Of a stretch of 64,000 nucleotides of DNA, positions 48,757 through 57,328 are shown in pieces. Source of the DNA: Oscillospiraceae bacterium (GTDB taxonomy: Bacteria; Bacillota; Clostridia; Saccharofermentanales; Saccharofermentanaceae); contig CADAKH010000002.1 in the NCBI GenBank assembly GCA_902788505.1, positions 1 through 64,000 of the forward strand. Reading direction: 5' to 3'. The notes beneath the pieces are model-generated. The model was not told the origin of the DNA. It worked only from the letters and a program-made list of their open reading frames with translations, and ran no database searches. Numbering within the stretch: the stretch's first letter is position 1; every line of letters starts with the position of its first letter. The position numbers and the translations under genes are program-made.

Positions 48757-49664
48757 CATCAGGAAGGAGGCTTCCCATGTTCAATTCTTTACTCCGTTTT
48801 AAAGCTGAGAAGGAAAGTCAGCTGTTCATCAAAAACTGCATTGCCTTCGATACATCAAGACTCGAGAATGAAGTCTTTCCCGCAGAATGCAAGACGGAAA
48901 TGGACGTGGTGTATAAGGATGGAAGCAAGCCTCTCAAACTTGATGTTTATACCCCATTCGGATGTGCCGGTGCAAAAGAATGCTTCATTCTGATCCACGG
49001 CGGAGCATTTGTATACGGATTCAAGAAACTCGACCAGAACTTCGGAATGCACCTTGCAATAAAGGCAGGCATCCCTGTCGTAAATGTTGACTACACACTC
49101 ATGCCGGATGCAGAGCTTCCGCAGATAATCACCGAGATCTTCAAGGCGATGAACTTCGTCTATATCAAATACGGTTTCAAGAAGTTCCATACGGTCGGCG
49201 ATTCCGCAGGCGGCTATCTGGCATATATGGTTGCCGTGGCTGCAAGGAGCAGGCATGTTGCTCACGGAATGTGGGTTTTCGAGCGTCTCAGGGGAACAGT
49301 CGAATCGGCAGGTCTTATCTGTCCCGGTATCAGAAATTCGCTCAAAGCTTTCCCGGGCATTTATTTCGAGAATTTGAGCGGTTCCAAGGATGATCACCAG
49401 CGTCTTCCGAACTATGCATACGACCTTAATCTTATTGCAGAGAGGGACAATGGTCTCAGAGTAGCCGTAATTACCGGCGAGGATGATTTCCTTCTCCCGC
49501 AGGACCGCGAATTTAAAGACAATGTTCCCAATGCGGTTTACTACGAAGCCAAAAATGAAGGCGATCTTAAGATGCACCACGTTTTCCCAATCGCACATCC
49601 CGAATGGCCGCAGTCAGTCAAAGCAATCGAACTGATCGCCGAAAATGCGGTGGGGAGAAGGTAA
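48753..49664 (+). CDS. Alpha/beta hydrolase (esterase/lipase fold-3)
   Basis: HGGAF oxyanion motif (ILIHGGAFVYG) and nucleophile elbow GDSAGG. Confidence 0.7.
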   Translation: MTSGRRLPMFNSLLRFKAEKESQLFIKNCIAFDTSRLENEVFPAECKTEMDVVYKDGSKPLKLDVYTPFGCAGAKECFILIHGGAFVYGFKKLDQNFGMHLAIKAGIPVVNVDYTLMPDAELPQIITEIFKAMNFVYIKYGFKKFHTVGDSAGGYLAYMVAVAARSRHVAHGMWVFERLRGTVESAGLICPGIRNSLKAFPGIYFENLSGSKDDHQRLPNYAYDLNLIAERDNGLRVAVITGEDDFLLPQDREFKDNVPNAVYYEAKNEGDLKMHHVFPIAHPEWPQSVKAIELIAENAVGRR

Positions 49665-49816
49665 TATTATTGCTGACCGTGTTGCGTACCTGAATTGTAT
49701 CTGAAAACGCTGTTTTAGATACGATTTAGAGCACATATCGGGTTTTGTGATCTATTTTGTATTCGAAATGACAATATTTGGTACAAAATAGATACGGTGA
49801 TTATTCAGATACTTAT

Positions 49817-50599
49817 TCACTGCTTATGAATTATCGCTGTTCCATAAACTGCACTATTCAATTTTGCCGACAGGTATCTTATGTCAAAAGGCATATCTTC
49901 CGTATCGTATGTGAAAAGAATATCAAGATCCGGAATCAGACCTGCTGCCGCGTAGTTCCCGTATTTGATTTTTGTCGTTGTCATGTAGTCGGCGGATTCT
50001 TTTATTCCGAAATGCTCATGAAATTTGCATGTATCGAGTTCCTTGAAATACAGAACAAAATCAGGGTTGATTGGCTTTGCTATTCCAACGAGTTTGATTG
50101 ACGGTTCATATTTGAACGGGATGCCGAGCTCGGTGTAGAAGATTGCTATTTCTTTTTCTGCTGCTGAACGGTAATAGGTTCCATTGAAAAAGTTATAAGG
50201 ATTTTTCGGATATTTCCGGTTGTCATCGTGTATCAAACTGTCGAAGAAAGCTTTATCCATGACGACAGGTTTATCATATTCTGCGTATACGGTTCTTTTA
50301 ATCTTGTGCGGTTTGCATTCGGGGAGAGGCTCATCTTTAAAATGACTATACCAGATTGCCTCATAAATACTCAGCTGACGTGCTGCTTCATTTCTTGTAA
50401 GCAGGATCTTATAGTACTGTTGCCCTTCTGAAGTATTGACTCTGTATTTGTGACTGCCAACGATAATCCGTTTGCATTGCGGACCCTCTGATTTTAGATT
50501 ATGCAGCTTAACATCAGGCAACTCATCGAGCAGCTTTCGGAGATAGTTGATCTTGAGAGCAAGATACTCTTTCGGGATGTATTTGTTGAGGTTTTCCAT
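49817..50599 (-). CDS. Hypothetical protein in an AT-rich islet; possible PD-(D/E)xK-like nuclease core (speculative)
   Basis: Intact 260-aa ORF with lower GC than its neighbours. It is flanked by partly homologous repeat sequences and has four 10-bp-phased CGACAAA repeats upstream. Confidence 0.45.
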   Translation of the reverse strand: MENLNKYIPKEYLALKINYLRKLLDELPDVKLHNLKSEGPQCKRIIVGSHKYRVNTSEGQQYYKILLTRNEAARQLSIYEAIWYSHFKDEPLPECKPHKIKRTVYAEYDKPVVMDKAFFDSLIHDDNRKYPKNPYNFFNGTYYRSAAEKEIAIFYTELGIPFKYEPSIKLVGIAKPINPDFVLYFKELDTCKFHEHFGIKESADYMTTTKIKYGNYAAAGLIPDLDILFTYDTEDMPFDIRYLSAKLNSAVYGTAIIHKQ

Positions 50600-51016
50600 A
50601 TCTTTATTCTAGTGGGGAACACTTGAAAAACAACCGACAAAATACGACAAATGCCGACAAAAACCGACAAAGAAAAAACGCATGAAAATGCTGTTTTTCT
50701 GTTTAAAGTAAAATTAATAATTAATTTCATTAAAGTAATTTGAAAAGAGAGTTGCAAACAATCGCTTAAAACGAAAAACGCTTCCAATTTGATTACAACA
50801 AATCTCATCGGCTGCGCACCTGATCTGTATCTAAAATCGAAAAAACAGATACAAAAAAGTGCACGTCACATCGGAAATGCACTTTTTCGTATCTGAAAAC
50901 GCAATTATTGGTACACATCAGGTACAGACAGTATCGAACCGCACTTACACTTATTCTGTCTGACTATATAAGATGCATCATTACCGGGTATGGACAGTCC
51001 CGTACCGGACTTACAC

Positions 51017-51676
51017 TTATTCCTCTTTTGCGGCGTGCGTCTCGTCGTATGTTTTGTTGATCAGTTTTGAGATCGGCTTATATACGAAGAATGTAATGAG
51101 GCCAACAACGATTCCCTTGAAAAGGTTGAACGGTACAAATGCCGCAAGCAGGAGTGAGAGCTTGTCTTTAATGAGCGGGTTGACTGCAGAGCTCATGCCG
51201 ATGATGGCTTCCGTCGAGAATCCCATTACGGAACCATAGAGCGGGAGTGTGATGAAAGCATTGACGGGAACAGCAATAGCAGCAAGAGCCAGAGTTGCGA
51301 TGCCCATTGAAGCGGCAGCACCTTTTCTGGTGCGGAACTTGCGGTAGATAAGTCCTGCTGTTCCGACATAGATAACACCCGTAATGAAGTTTGAAAGCTC
51401 ACCGATGCCCATTGTCTGAGTAACGGGGAGGTGAATGAGGTTTTTAAGAAGCTCGATAACAACGCCCCAAACAGGACCTAAAGCAAATGTGCCGATGAGT
51501 ACGGGAAGCTCGGAGAAGTCGAACTTCAGGAATGGCGGCATAAGCGGGAGCGGTATCTCGAGATACATAAGAAGAACAGCCATTGCAGTAAGAACTGCAC
51601 ATGCGGCAATGCGGCGGATCATTATCTTGCGCGCAGCACGAGAATCCGTCTTAACGGTTACATGGGTTTCGGTCAT
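51017..51676 (-). CDS. ribU: ECF transporter S component, riboflavin-specific (RibU)
   Basis: 5-6 TM S-component sequence (FLKFDFSELPVLIGTFALGP) directly downstream of an FMN riboswitch. The start is re-assigned to the ATG at 51676, because the ORF-track start at 51727 lies inside the riboswitch. Confidence 0.75.
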   Translation of the reverse strand: MTETHVTVKTDSRAARKIMIRRIAACAVLTAMAVLLMYLEIPLPLMPPFLKFDFSELPVLIGTFALGPVWGVVIELLKNLIHLPVTQTMGIGELSNFITGVIYVGTAGLIYRKFRTRKGAAASMGIATLALAAIAVPVNAFITLPLYGSVMGFSTEAIIGMSSAVNPLIKDKLSLLLAAFVPFNLFKGIVVGLITFFVYKPISKLINKTYDETHAAKEE

Positions 51677-51687
51677 AGAAAATACAC

Positions 51688-51825
51688 TTCCTTTCTTCCG
51701 GACTTTACCGTCGGCCCCTGGAATCACACCGGGTCAACCTCACCTTAGATAAAATTTATGAGGCTTGCGGGCTTACGCTTATGGCGTTCACCGCCGGTCG
51801 GAGAATCACACTCCGCCTTGGACGC
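51688..51825 (-). ncRNA. FMN riboswitch (RFN element) controlling ribU
   Basis: The minus-strand sequence contains the conserved cores GATTCTCCGACCGGCGGT and GGTGAGGTTGACCCGGTGTGATTCCAGGGGCCGACGGTAAAGTCCGGAAGAAAGGAAG. The 3' strand ends in the AAAGGAAG Shine-Dalgarno sequence just before the ATG. Confidence 0.7.
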
Positions 51826-51829
51826 CTCA

Positions 51830-51857
51830 ATTATACCTTCTGACGTCTTATTTGCAA
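51830..51857 (-). promoter_or_regulatory. Sigma-70 promoter (TTGCAA-16-TATAAT) driving the FMN riboswitch and ribU
   Basis: On the minus strand, TTGCAA at 51852-51857 and TATAAT at 51830-51835, immediately upstream of the riboswitch. Confidence 0.5.
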
Positions 51858-51907
51858 CACCCATACCGGTAATGTGGTGTAGTAATGTGGCATTTATAAG
51901 AAAAAGA

Positions 51908-51949
51908 TTGACGGATGTTCAATTTTGGTGCGATAATATCGCGATATTA
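51908..51949 (+). promoter_or_regulatory. Promoter (TTGACG-18-GATAAT) with a 16-bp perfect palindrome TAATATCGCGATATTA overlapping the -10 region
   Basis: TTGACG at 51908-51913 and GATAAT at 51932-51937. The palindrome spans 51934-51949, 17 nt before the ATG of the HTH-LicC gene. Confidence 0.45.
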
Positions 51950-51966
51950 AACACGTAGGAGTTAAT

Positions 51967-52857
51967 ATGAGCCTTAGCAGAAAACAGTTTGACGTATTGG
52001 AGAAGATGTCGTCCCAAACAGCTTCTGTCTCGCAAAGAGACCTTGAAAAGCTTACGGGACACAGCCTTGGTACCATTAACAGGGTCATCAAGGAACTGGC
52101 AGATGCGGGATATGTTTCAAATGGCATTATCACGGCGGCAGGATTGAACGCTCTTGAACCATATAGAGCAAAAAAAGCAATATTTATAGCCGCAGGATTC
52201 GGATCAAGACTTGTTCCGATCACCTTTAATACCCCCAAGCCGCTCGTCAGAGTTAAGGGCACCAGGATAATCGATCATCTTCTGGATGCATGTCTTGAGG
52301 CAGGCATTGAAGAGATCTATATTGTCCGCGGCTATCTTGCAGAGCAGTTTGACCAGCTTCTTTATAAGTATCCTATGGTCAAGTTTCTCGAAAATCCCGT
52401 TTATAATGAAGCAAACAATATCAGCTCATCACTTATCGCAAAGGATCTTTTATCCAATGCATATGTTTTCGAGGCAGATCTTCTTTTATCAAATCCAAAG
52501 ATCATAACCAAATACCACTACACTTCTGATTTCCTTGCAATTAAGAAGGACAGATCTGATGACTGGTGTTTTGAAGTTAAGGACAGGATCATTACCGAAG
52601 AGAAGGTCGGCGGTGAAGACTGCTGGCAGATGGTAGGTATCAGTTACTGGAATGAAGAGGACGGACATAAACTTTCTCAGGATATCCCTGATGTTTACTC
52701 AACTCCGGGTGGCAAAGAAAGATACTGGGAGCAGGTTCCTCTTGTTTACAAAAAGAAGAATTATGCGGTCGAAATCCGTGAGTGCTTCGAAGAAGATATC
52801 GTTGAGATCGACACCTTCAATGAACTTAAGCAGATCGATCCCACATACGATGTCTGA
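51967..52857 (+). CDS. Winged-helix HTH domain fused to a LicC-type sugar/phospho-base nucleotidyltransferase (candidate CMP-2-aminoethylphosphonate synthase, PntC-like)
   Basis: A MarR-like N-terminus of about 65 aa. The rest aligns closely with LicC (KAIFIAAGFGSRLVPITFNTPKPLVRV; RGYLAEQFD; NAYVFEADLLL). Confidence 0.7.
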   Translation: MSLSRKQFDVLEKMSSQTASVSQRDLEKLTGHSLGTINRVIKELADAGYVSNGIITAAGLNALEPYRAKKAIFIAAGFGSRLVPITFNTPKPLVRVKGTRIIDHLLDACLEAGIEEIYIVRGYLAEQFDQLLYKYPMVKFLENPVYNEANNISSSLIAKDLLSNAYVFEADLLLSNPKIITKYHYTSDFLAIKKDRSDDWCFEVKDRIITEEKVGGEDCWQMVGISYWNEEDGHKLSQDIPDVYSTPGGKERYWEQVPLVYKKKNYAVEIRECFEEDIVEIDTFNELKQIDPTYDV

Positions 52858-52870
52858 TGGAGGTAAATGA

Positions 52871-54004
52871 ATGGAACTCGTGAAAAGAAACATCTTACTT
52901 AATCCGGGTCCGTCTACAACAACGGATACCGTAAAGTATGCTCAGGTTGTACCTGATATATGTCCCCGTGAAAAGGAGTTCGCAGGACTCATGAAGGGTA
53001 TCCGCGAAGATCTGGTAAAGATCGTTCACGGCGATCTTGAAAAATATACGAGCGTTTTGTTCTGCGGATCAGGTACGCTTAATATCGATGTATGCATCAA
53101 CAGTCTTTTGCCTGAAGGCAAGAAGGTCCTGGTCATAAACAATGGTGCATATTCGACACGCGCGGTAGAGATCTGCCAGTATTACGGTCTTCCTCATATC
53201 GATCTGAAATTCCCCGTAGATCAGAGACCTGATCTTGACCTGGTCGAGAAGACCCTGAAGGAGAATCCTGATATCGGGCTGATCCATACAACACATAACG
53301 AGACCGGAACAGGAATCTTAAATCCGGTAAGAGAGATCGGTGCACTTGCACATAAATACGGTGCTATCTTTACGGTTGATACAACATCAACTTATGCAAT
53401 GAGACCTATCAATATCGAAGAGGACAATATCGATTTCTGCATGGCTTCTGCACAAAAGGGACTTATGTCTTTTACAGGTCTTTCCTTTGTTGTAGGCAAC
53501 AGGGCTATCATCGAGAAGTCCAAGGATTTCCCGAAGAGAAGTTATTACTGCAATCTTTTCCTTCAGTATGATTATTTTGAGAAGACAGGTGAGATGCACT
53601 TCACTCCTCCGGTCCAGACGATCTATGCGACTATCCAGGCATTGAAGGAATACTGGAAGGAAGGCGAGGAAGCCAAGTGGGCGCGCCATACACGCGTGTT
53701 CAATGCTATTAATGCCGGACTTGATGAACTCGGATTCAGACAGTTCATCAGGCCTGAATGGAGAGCGGGACTTGTATCTTCCGCTATCTATCCTGACGAT
53801 CCGAACTGGAGTTTCGAGAAGGTTCATGACTATTGTTATGAAAGAGGATTCACGATCTACCCCGGTAAGATAAGCACGACAAACACTTTCCGTCTTTGTG
53901 CTCTCGGTGCGATAGACGAAGCTGACATCAGGGATTTCTTTGTTGTATTTAAAGAAGCTCTTGTATCAACAGGCGTACAGATTCCCGTATACTATAAGAA
54001 ATGA
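52871..54004 (+). CDS. phnW: 2-aminoethylphosphonate--pyruvate transaminase (class V aminotransferase)
   Basis: Class V aminotransferase N-terminus (LLNPGPSTTTD) and PLP-lysine region (ASAQKGLM), placed within a ppm/ppd cluster. Confidence 0.7.
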   Translation: MELVKRNILLNPGPSTTTDTVKYAQVVPDICPREKEFAGLMKGIREDLVKIVHGDLEKYTSVLFCGSGTLNIDVCINSLLPEGKKVLVINNGAYSTRAVEICQYYGLPHIDLKFPVDQRPDLDLVEKTLKENPDIGLIHTTHNETGTGILNPVREIGALAHKYGAIFTVDTTSTYAMRPINIEEDNIDFCMASAQKGLMSFTGLSFVVGNRAIIEKSKDFPKRSYYCNLFLQYDYFEKTGEMHFTPPVQTIYATIQALKEYWKEGEEAKWARHTRVFNAINAGLDELGFRQFIRPEWRAGLVSSAIYPDDPNWSFEKVHDYCYERGFTIYPGKISTTNTFRLCALGAIDEADIRDFFVVFKEALVSTGVQIPVYYKK

Positions 54005-54014
54005 GGAGAATAAA

Positions 54015-55310
54015 ATGAAGACTGCTTACACATGTTTTTGCACAGATGTTATTCACGAAGGACATTTGAACATAATCAACGAGGCCAGGAAGAGAGGCCG
54101 CGTGATCATCGGATGCCTTTCGGATGAAGCTCTTATCCGTTATAACAAATTCCCTACGATCAGCCAGGAAGACAGAGTCAAGCTCTATAGAAGCATTGAA
54201 GGTGTAGAGGAAGTTGTTATTCAGAATGACATGCTCTACGATGATGCCATCACTCTTATCAAGCCTGATTATGTTCTTCACGGCGACAACTGGAAAGAAG
54301 GACCGGAAAAGGCTTTGCGCGATCATGTTCAAGAGCTTGTCAAAGCTTATGGCGGTGAGCTTATCGATATTCCTTATACATATAATGAGACTGTAAAGAA
54401 GATCGACATGCAGCTCCGTGAAAAGCTTGCCATGCCTGAATACAGAAGAAAGAGACTCCGTCAGCTTCTTGCCATAACTCCTATTGTAAAGGCAATGGAG
54501 GCTCACAGCGGTCTTACGGGTCTTATTGTTGAGAAGACTGTCGTTGAGCGTGAAGGACGTCTTGATCAGTTCGATGCGATGTGGATCTCATCTCTTTGTG
54601 ATTCAACTGCAAAGGGTAAGCCTGACATCGAGCTCGTTGATATGACTTCAAGATTCAGAACGATCGACGATATTACTGAAGTTACTACAAAGCCTATTAT
54701 CTTCGACGGTGATACAGGCGGACTTACAGAACACTTTGTTTATACTGTCCGTTCACTCGAGAAGATGGGCGTATCTGCAGTAATCATCGAAGACAAGAAG
54801 GGACTTAAGAAGAATTCCCTTTTCGGAACCGAAGTTAAACAGACGCAGGCTACGATCGAAGAGATGAGCGCAAAGATCGCAGCAGGAAAGAAGGCGCAGC
54901 TTACAGATGATTTCATGATCATCGCGCGTATTGAGAGCCTTATCCTTGAGAAGGGGATGGAAGATGCTCTTGAACGTGCGCACGCATTTGTTGCTGCAGG
55001 TGCCGACGGTATCATGATCCATTCCAGAAAAAAGGAACCCGATGAGATCCTTGAGTTCTGTGACAAGTTCAGAAAGGACAACAAGGAGACACCTATCGTA
55101 GTTGTTCCTTCAAGCTTCAACGTTATCACAGAAGAAGAACTTGCTGCTCACGGAGTCAATATCGTTATCTATGCAAACCAGTTAACAAGAAGCGCTTTCC
55201 CGGCAATGCAGAAGACTGCAGAGGATATCCTCCGCTATCACAGAGCCAAGGAAGTAGACGACAGACTCATGAAGATCAAGGACATTATCACACTCATTGA
55301 TGAGTTATAA
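54015..55310 (+). CDS. aepX: Bifunctional protein: N-terminal HxGH cytidylyltransferase (TagD-like) domain fused to phosphoenolpyruvate phosphomutase
   Basis: HEGH motif (CTDVIHEGHLNIINEARKRG). PEP mutase core (IVKAMEAHSGLTGLIVE...IIFDGDTGG...VIIEDKKGLKKNSL). RBS GAGGAG sits before the ATG at 54015. Confidence 0.8.
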   Translation: MKTAYTCFCTDVIHEGHLNIINEARKRGRVIIGCLSDEALIRYNKFPTISQEDRVKLYRSIEGVEEVVIQNDMLYDDAITLIKPDYVLHGDNWKEGPEKALRDHVQELVKAYGGELIDIPYTYNETVKKIDMQLREKLAMPEYRRKRLRQLLAITPIVKAMEAHSGLTGLIVEKTVVEREGRLDQFDAMWISSLCDSTAKGKPDIELVDMTSRFRTIDDITEVTTKPIIFDGDTGGLTEHFVYTVRSLEKMGVSAVIIEDKKGLKKNSLFGTEVKQTQATIEEMSAKIAAGKKAQLTDDFMIIARIESLILEKGMEDALERAHAFVAAGADGIMIHSRKKEPDEILEFCDKFRKDNKETPIVVVPSSFNVITEEELAAHGVNIVIYANQLTRSAFPAMQKTAEDILRYHRAKEVDDRLMKIKDIITLIDEL

Positions 55311-55336
55311 TATTGCGTGTTAATCAGGAGAATAAG

Positions 55337-56464
55337 ATGAAAGTAGAAAAACTTGTTGAAATAATAGGCAGTGATTTCTATTCCGGTGTTCCGGACAGTC
55401 AGCTTAAGGCTCTCTGCAATTATCTGATGGCAACATACGGCATAGATCCGCACCATCATGTGATCGCTGCAAACGAAGGTAACTGTACAGCTCTTGCTGC
55501 AGGATATCATCTTGCCACAGGTAAGGTTCCGGTAGTATATATGCAGAACTCCGGAGAAGGAAACATCATCAATCCGGTAGCTTCACTTCTTAATGACAAG
55601 GTCTATGCTATCCCGATGGTATTTATCGTCGGATGGAGAGGTGAGCCAGGAATTCACGATGAGCCTCAGCATATCTATCAGGGTGAAGTTACGGTTAAAC
55701 TCCTCGAAGATATGGATATCGCTACTTTCATCATTGGCAAGGACACGACCGACGAAGAAGTTGCCGGAGCAATGGAGAAGTTTAAGGATGTTCTTGCAAA
55801 GGGCAAGGATGTTGCTTTTGTTATCCGCAAGGGCGCGCTTTCTTTCGACGGCAAAGTCGAATATAAGAACGAGAATAAAATGGTTCGTGAAGAGATCATT
55901 CAGCATATCGTAAAAGCATCAGGTGAAGATCCGATCGTTTCGACAACGGGTAAAGCTTCAAGAGAGCTTTTCGAGACCAGAGTGGCAAACGGTCAGTCTC
56001 ATAAATACGATTTCCTCACAGTCGGTTCAATGGGCCACTCATCTTCCATCGCTTTGGGTGTAGCAATCAACAAGCCTGATACACGTATCTGGTGTGTTGA
56101 CGGTGATGGTGCTGTGCTCATGCACATGGGTTCTATGGCTGTATTAGGTGCAAACAAGCCTTCGAATCTTATCCATGTTGTTATCAACAACGGCGCTCAT
56201 GAGACAGTAGGAGGAATGCCTACTGTTGCAGGCTCGATAGATCTTGTAGCGGTCGCAAAGGCATGCGGATATCCCAATGCTGTATGTGTCGATTCCTTTG
56301 AGGCTCTCGACAGGGAGCTTGAGGCTGCAAAGGCCAGGAATGAACTGAGCCTGATCGAAGTAAAGTGTTCGATCGGTGCTAGAGACGATCTCGGAAGACC
56401 TACGACAACAGCTCTTGAGAATAAAGAGAATTTCATGGATTATCTTAATTCATGCTGTAATTGA
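55337..56464 (+). CDS. aepY: Phosphonopyruvate decarboxylase (TPP-dependent)
   Basis: TPP motif WCVDGDGAVLMHMGSMAVLG...N. The N-terminus is typical of Ppd. It immediately follows the ppm gene. Confidence 0.8.
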   Translation: MKVEKLVEIIGSDFYSGVPDSQLKALCNYLMATYGIDPHHHVIAANEGNCTALAAGYHLATGKVPVVYMQNSGEGNIINPVASLLNDKVYAIPMVFIVGWRGEPGIHDEPQHIYQGEVTVKLLEDMDIATFIIGKDTTDEEVAGAMEKFKDVLAKGKDVAFVIRKGALSFDGKVEYKNENKMVREEIIQHIVKASGEDPIVSTTGKASRELFETRVANGQSHKYDFLTVGSMGHSSSIALGVAINKPDTRIWCVDGDGAVLMHMGSMAVLGANKPSNLIHVVINNGAHETVGGMPTVAGSIDLVAVAKACGYPNAVCVDSFEALDRELEAAKARNELSLIEVKCSIGARDDLGRPTTTALENKENFMDYLNSCCN

Positions 56465-56481
56465 CCGGAGTTATTTTGCTG

Positions 56482-57324
56482 ATGAGTAATGAGGTCGAAG
56501 TTAGCATCGTATGCAATACATATAATCATGGCAAGTACATAAGAGATGCGCTGAATGGTTTTGTAATGCAGAAGACGGACTTCAAATATGAAGTCCTGGT
56601 TCATGACGATGCATCGACAGATAACACGGCTGAGATCATCAGGGAATTCGAAAAGGAATACCCGGACATAATCAAACCGATTTATCAGAAGGAGAATCAG
56701 TATCATAAGGTTTTCTCTATCCTTTGTGAGTTTCAGTATCCCCGTGTAAAAGGCAAGTATATTGCCATGTGTGAGGGTGATGACTACTGGACAGATCCTT
56801 ACAAGCTTCAAAAGCAGTATGACAGCTTAAAAGCACATCCCGGTATTGATATCTGTGCCCATTCATCAGATCTGATAAATGCAGAAGACGGTTCTGTTCA
56901 GGGCAAGGTTCATCACTACGATGAAGTAACTGTCATTCCGGTTGAAGATGTAATATCAGGGGGCGGAAGCTTTGTAGCCACCAGTTCACTGTTTTTCAAA
57001 AAGGAGATCGTAACTGAACCCCTGAAATTTTTCGAGATAAATCCGATCGATTATACGATCCAGATCGGAGGTTCATTAAGAGGCGGTATGCTATATCTCC
57101 CGGACAATATGTCGGCGTACCGTGTGTCTGTCCCGGGATCCTGGTCGGTTAAAGTTGATAAGAACCGCAAAGCCAATCTTGTATCGGTTAATGAGACTAT
57201 GGCGTGTTTAAAGCAGCTTGATACCGATACAGGGAAAAAATATCATAAAATGTTATCCAAGATGATATTCAGATTGTTTCTTGCAAAGATTCATCTGAAG
57301 CTCTTGATACTGTTTAACAGGTAA
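56482..57324 (+). CDS. Family-2 glycosyltransferase
   Basis: VSIVCNTYNHGKYI...VHDDASTDNT (GT-A fold with a DxD-like motif). Confidence 0.7.
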   Translation: MSNEVEVSIVCNTYNHGKYIRDALNGFVMQKTDFKYEVLVHDDASTDNTAEIIREFEKEYPDIIKPIYQKENQYHKVFSILCEFQYPRVKGKYIAMCEGDDYWTDPYKLQKQYDSLKAHPGIDICAHSSDLINAEDGSVQGKVHHYDEVTVIPVEDVISGGGSFVATSSLFFKKEIVTEPLKFFEINPIDYTIQIGGSLRGGMLYLPDNMSAYRVSVPGSWSVKVDKNRKANLVSVNETMACLKQLDTDTGKKYHKMLSKMIFRLFLAKIHLKLLILFNR

Positions 57325-57328
57325 TAAA

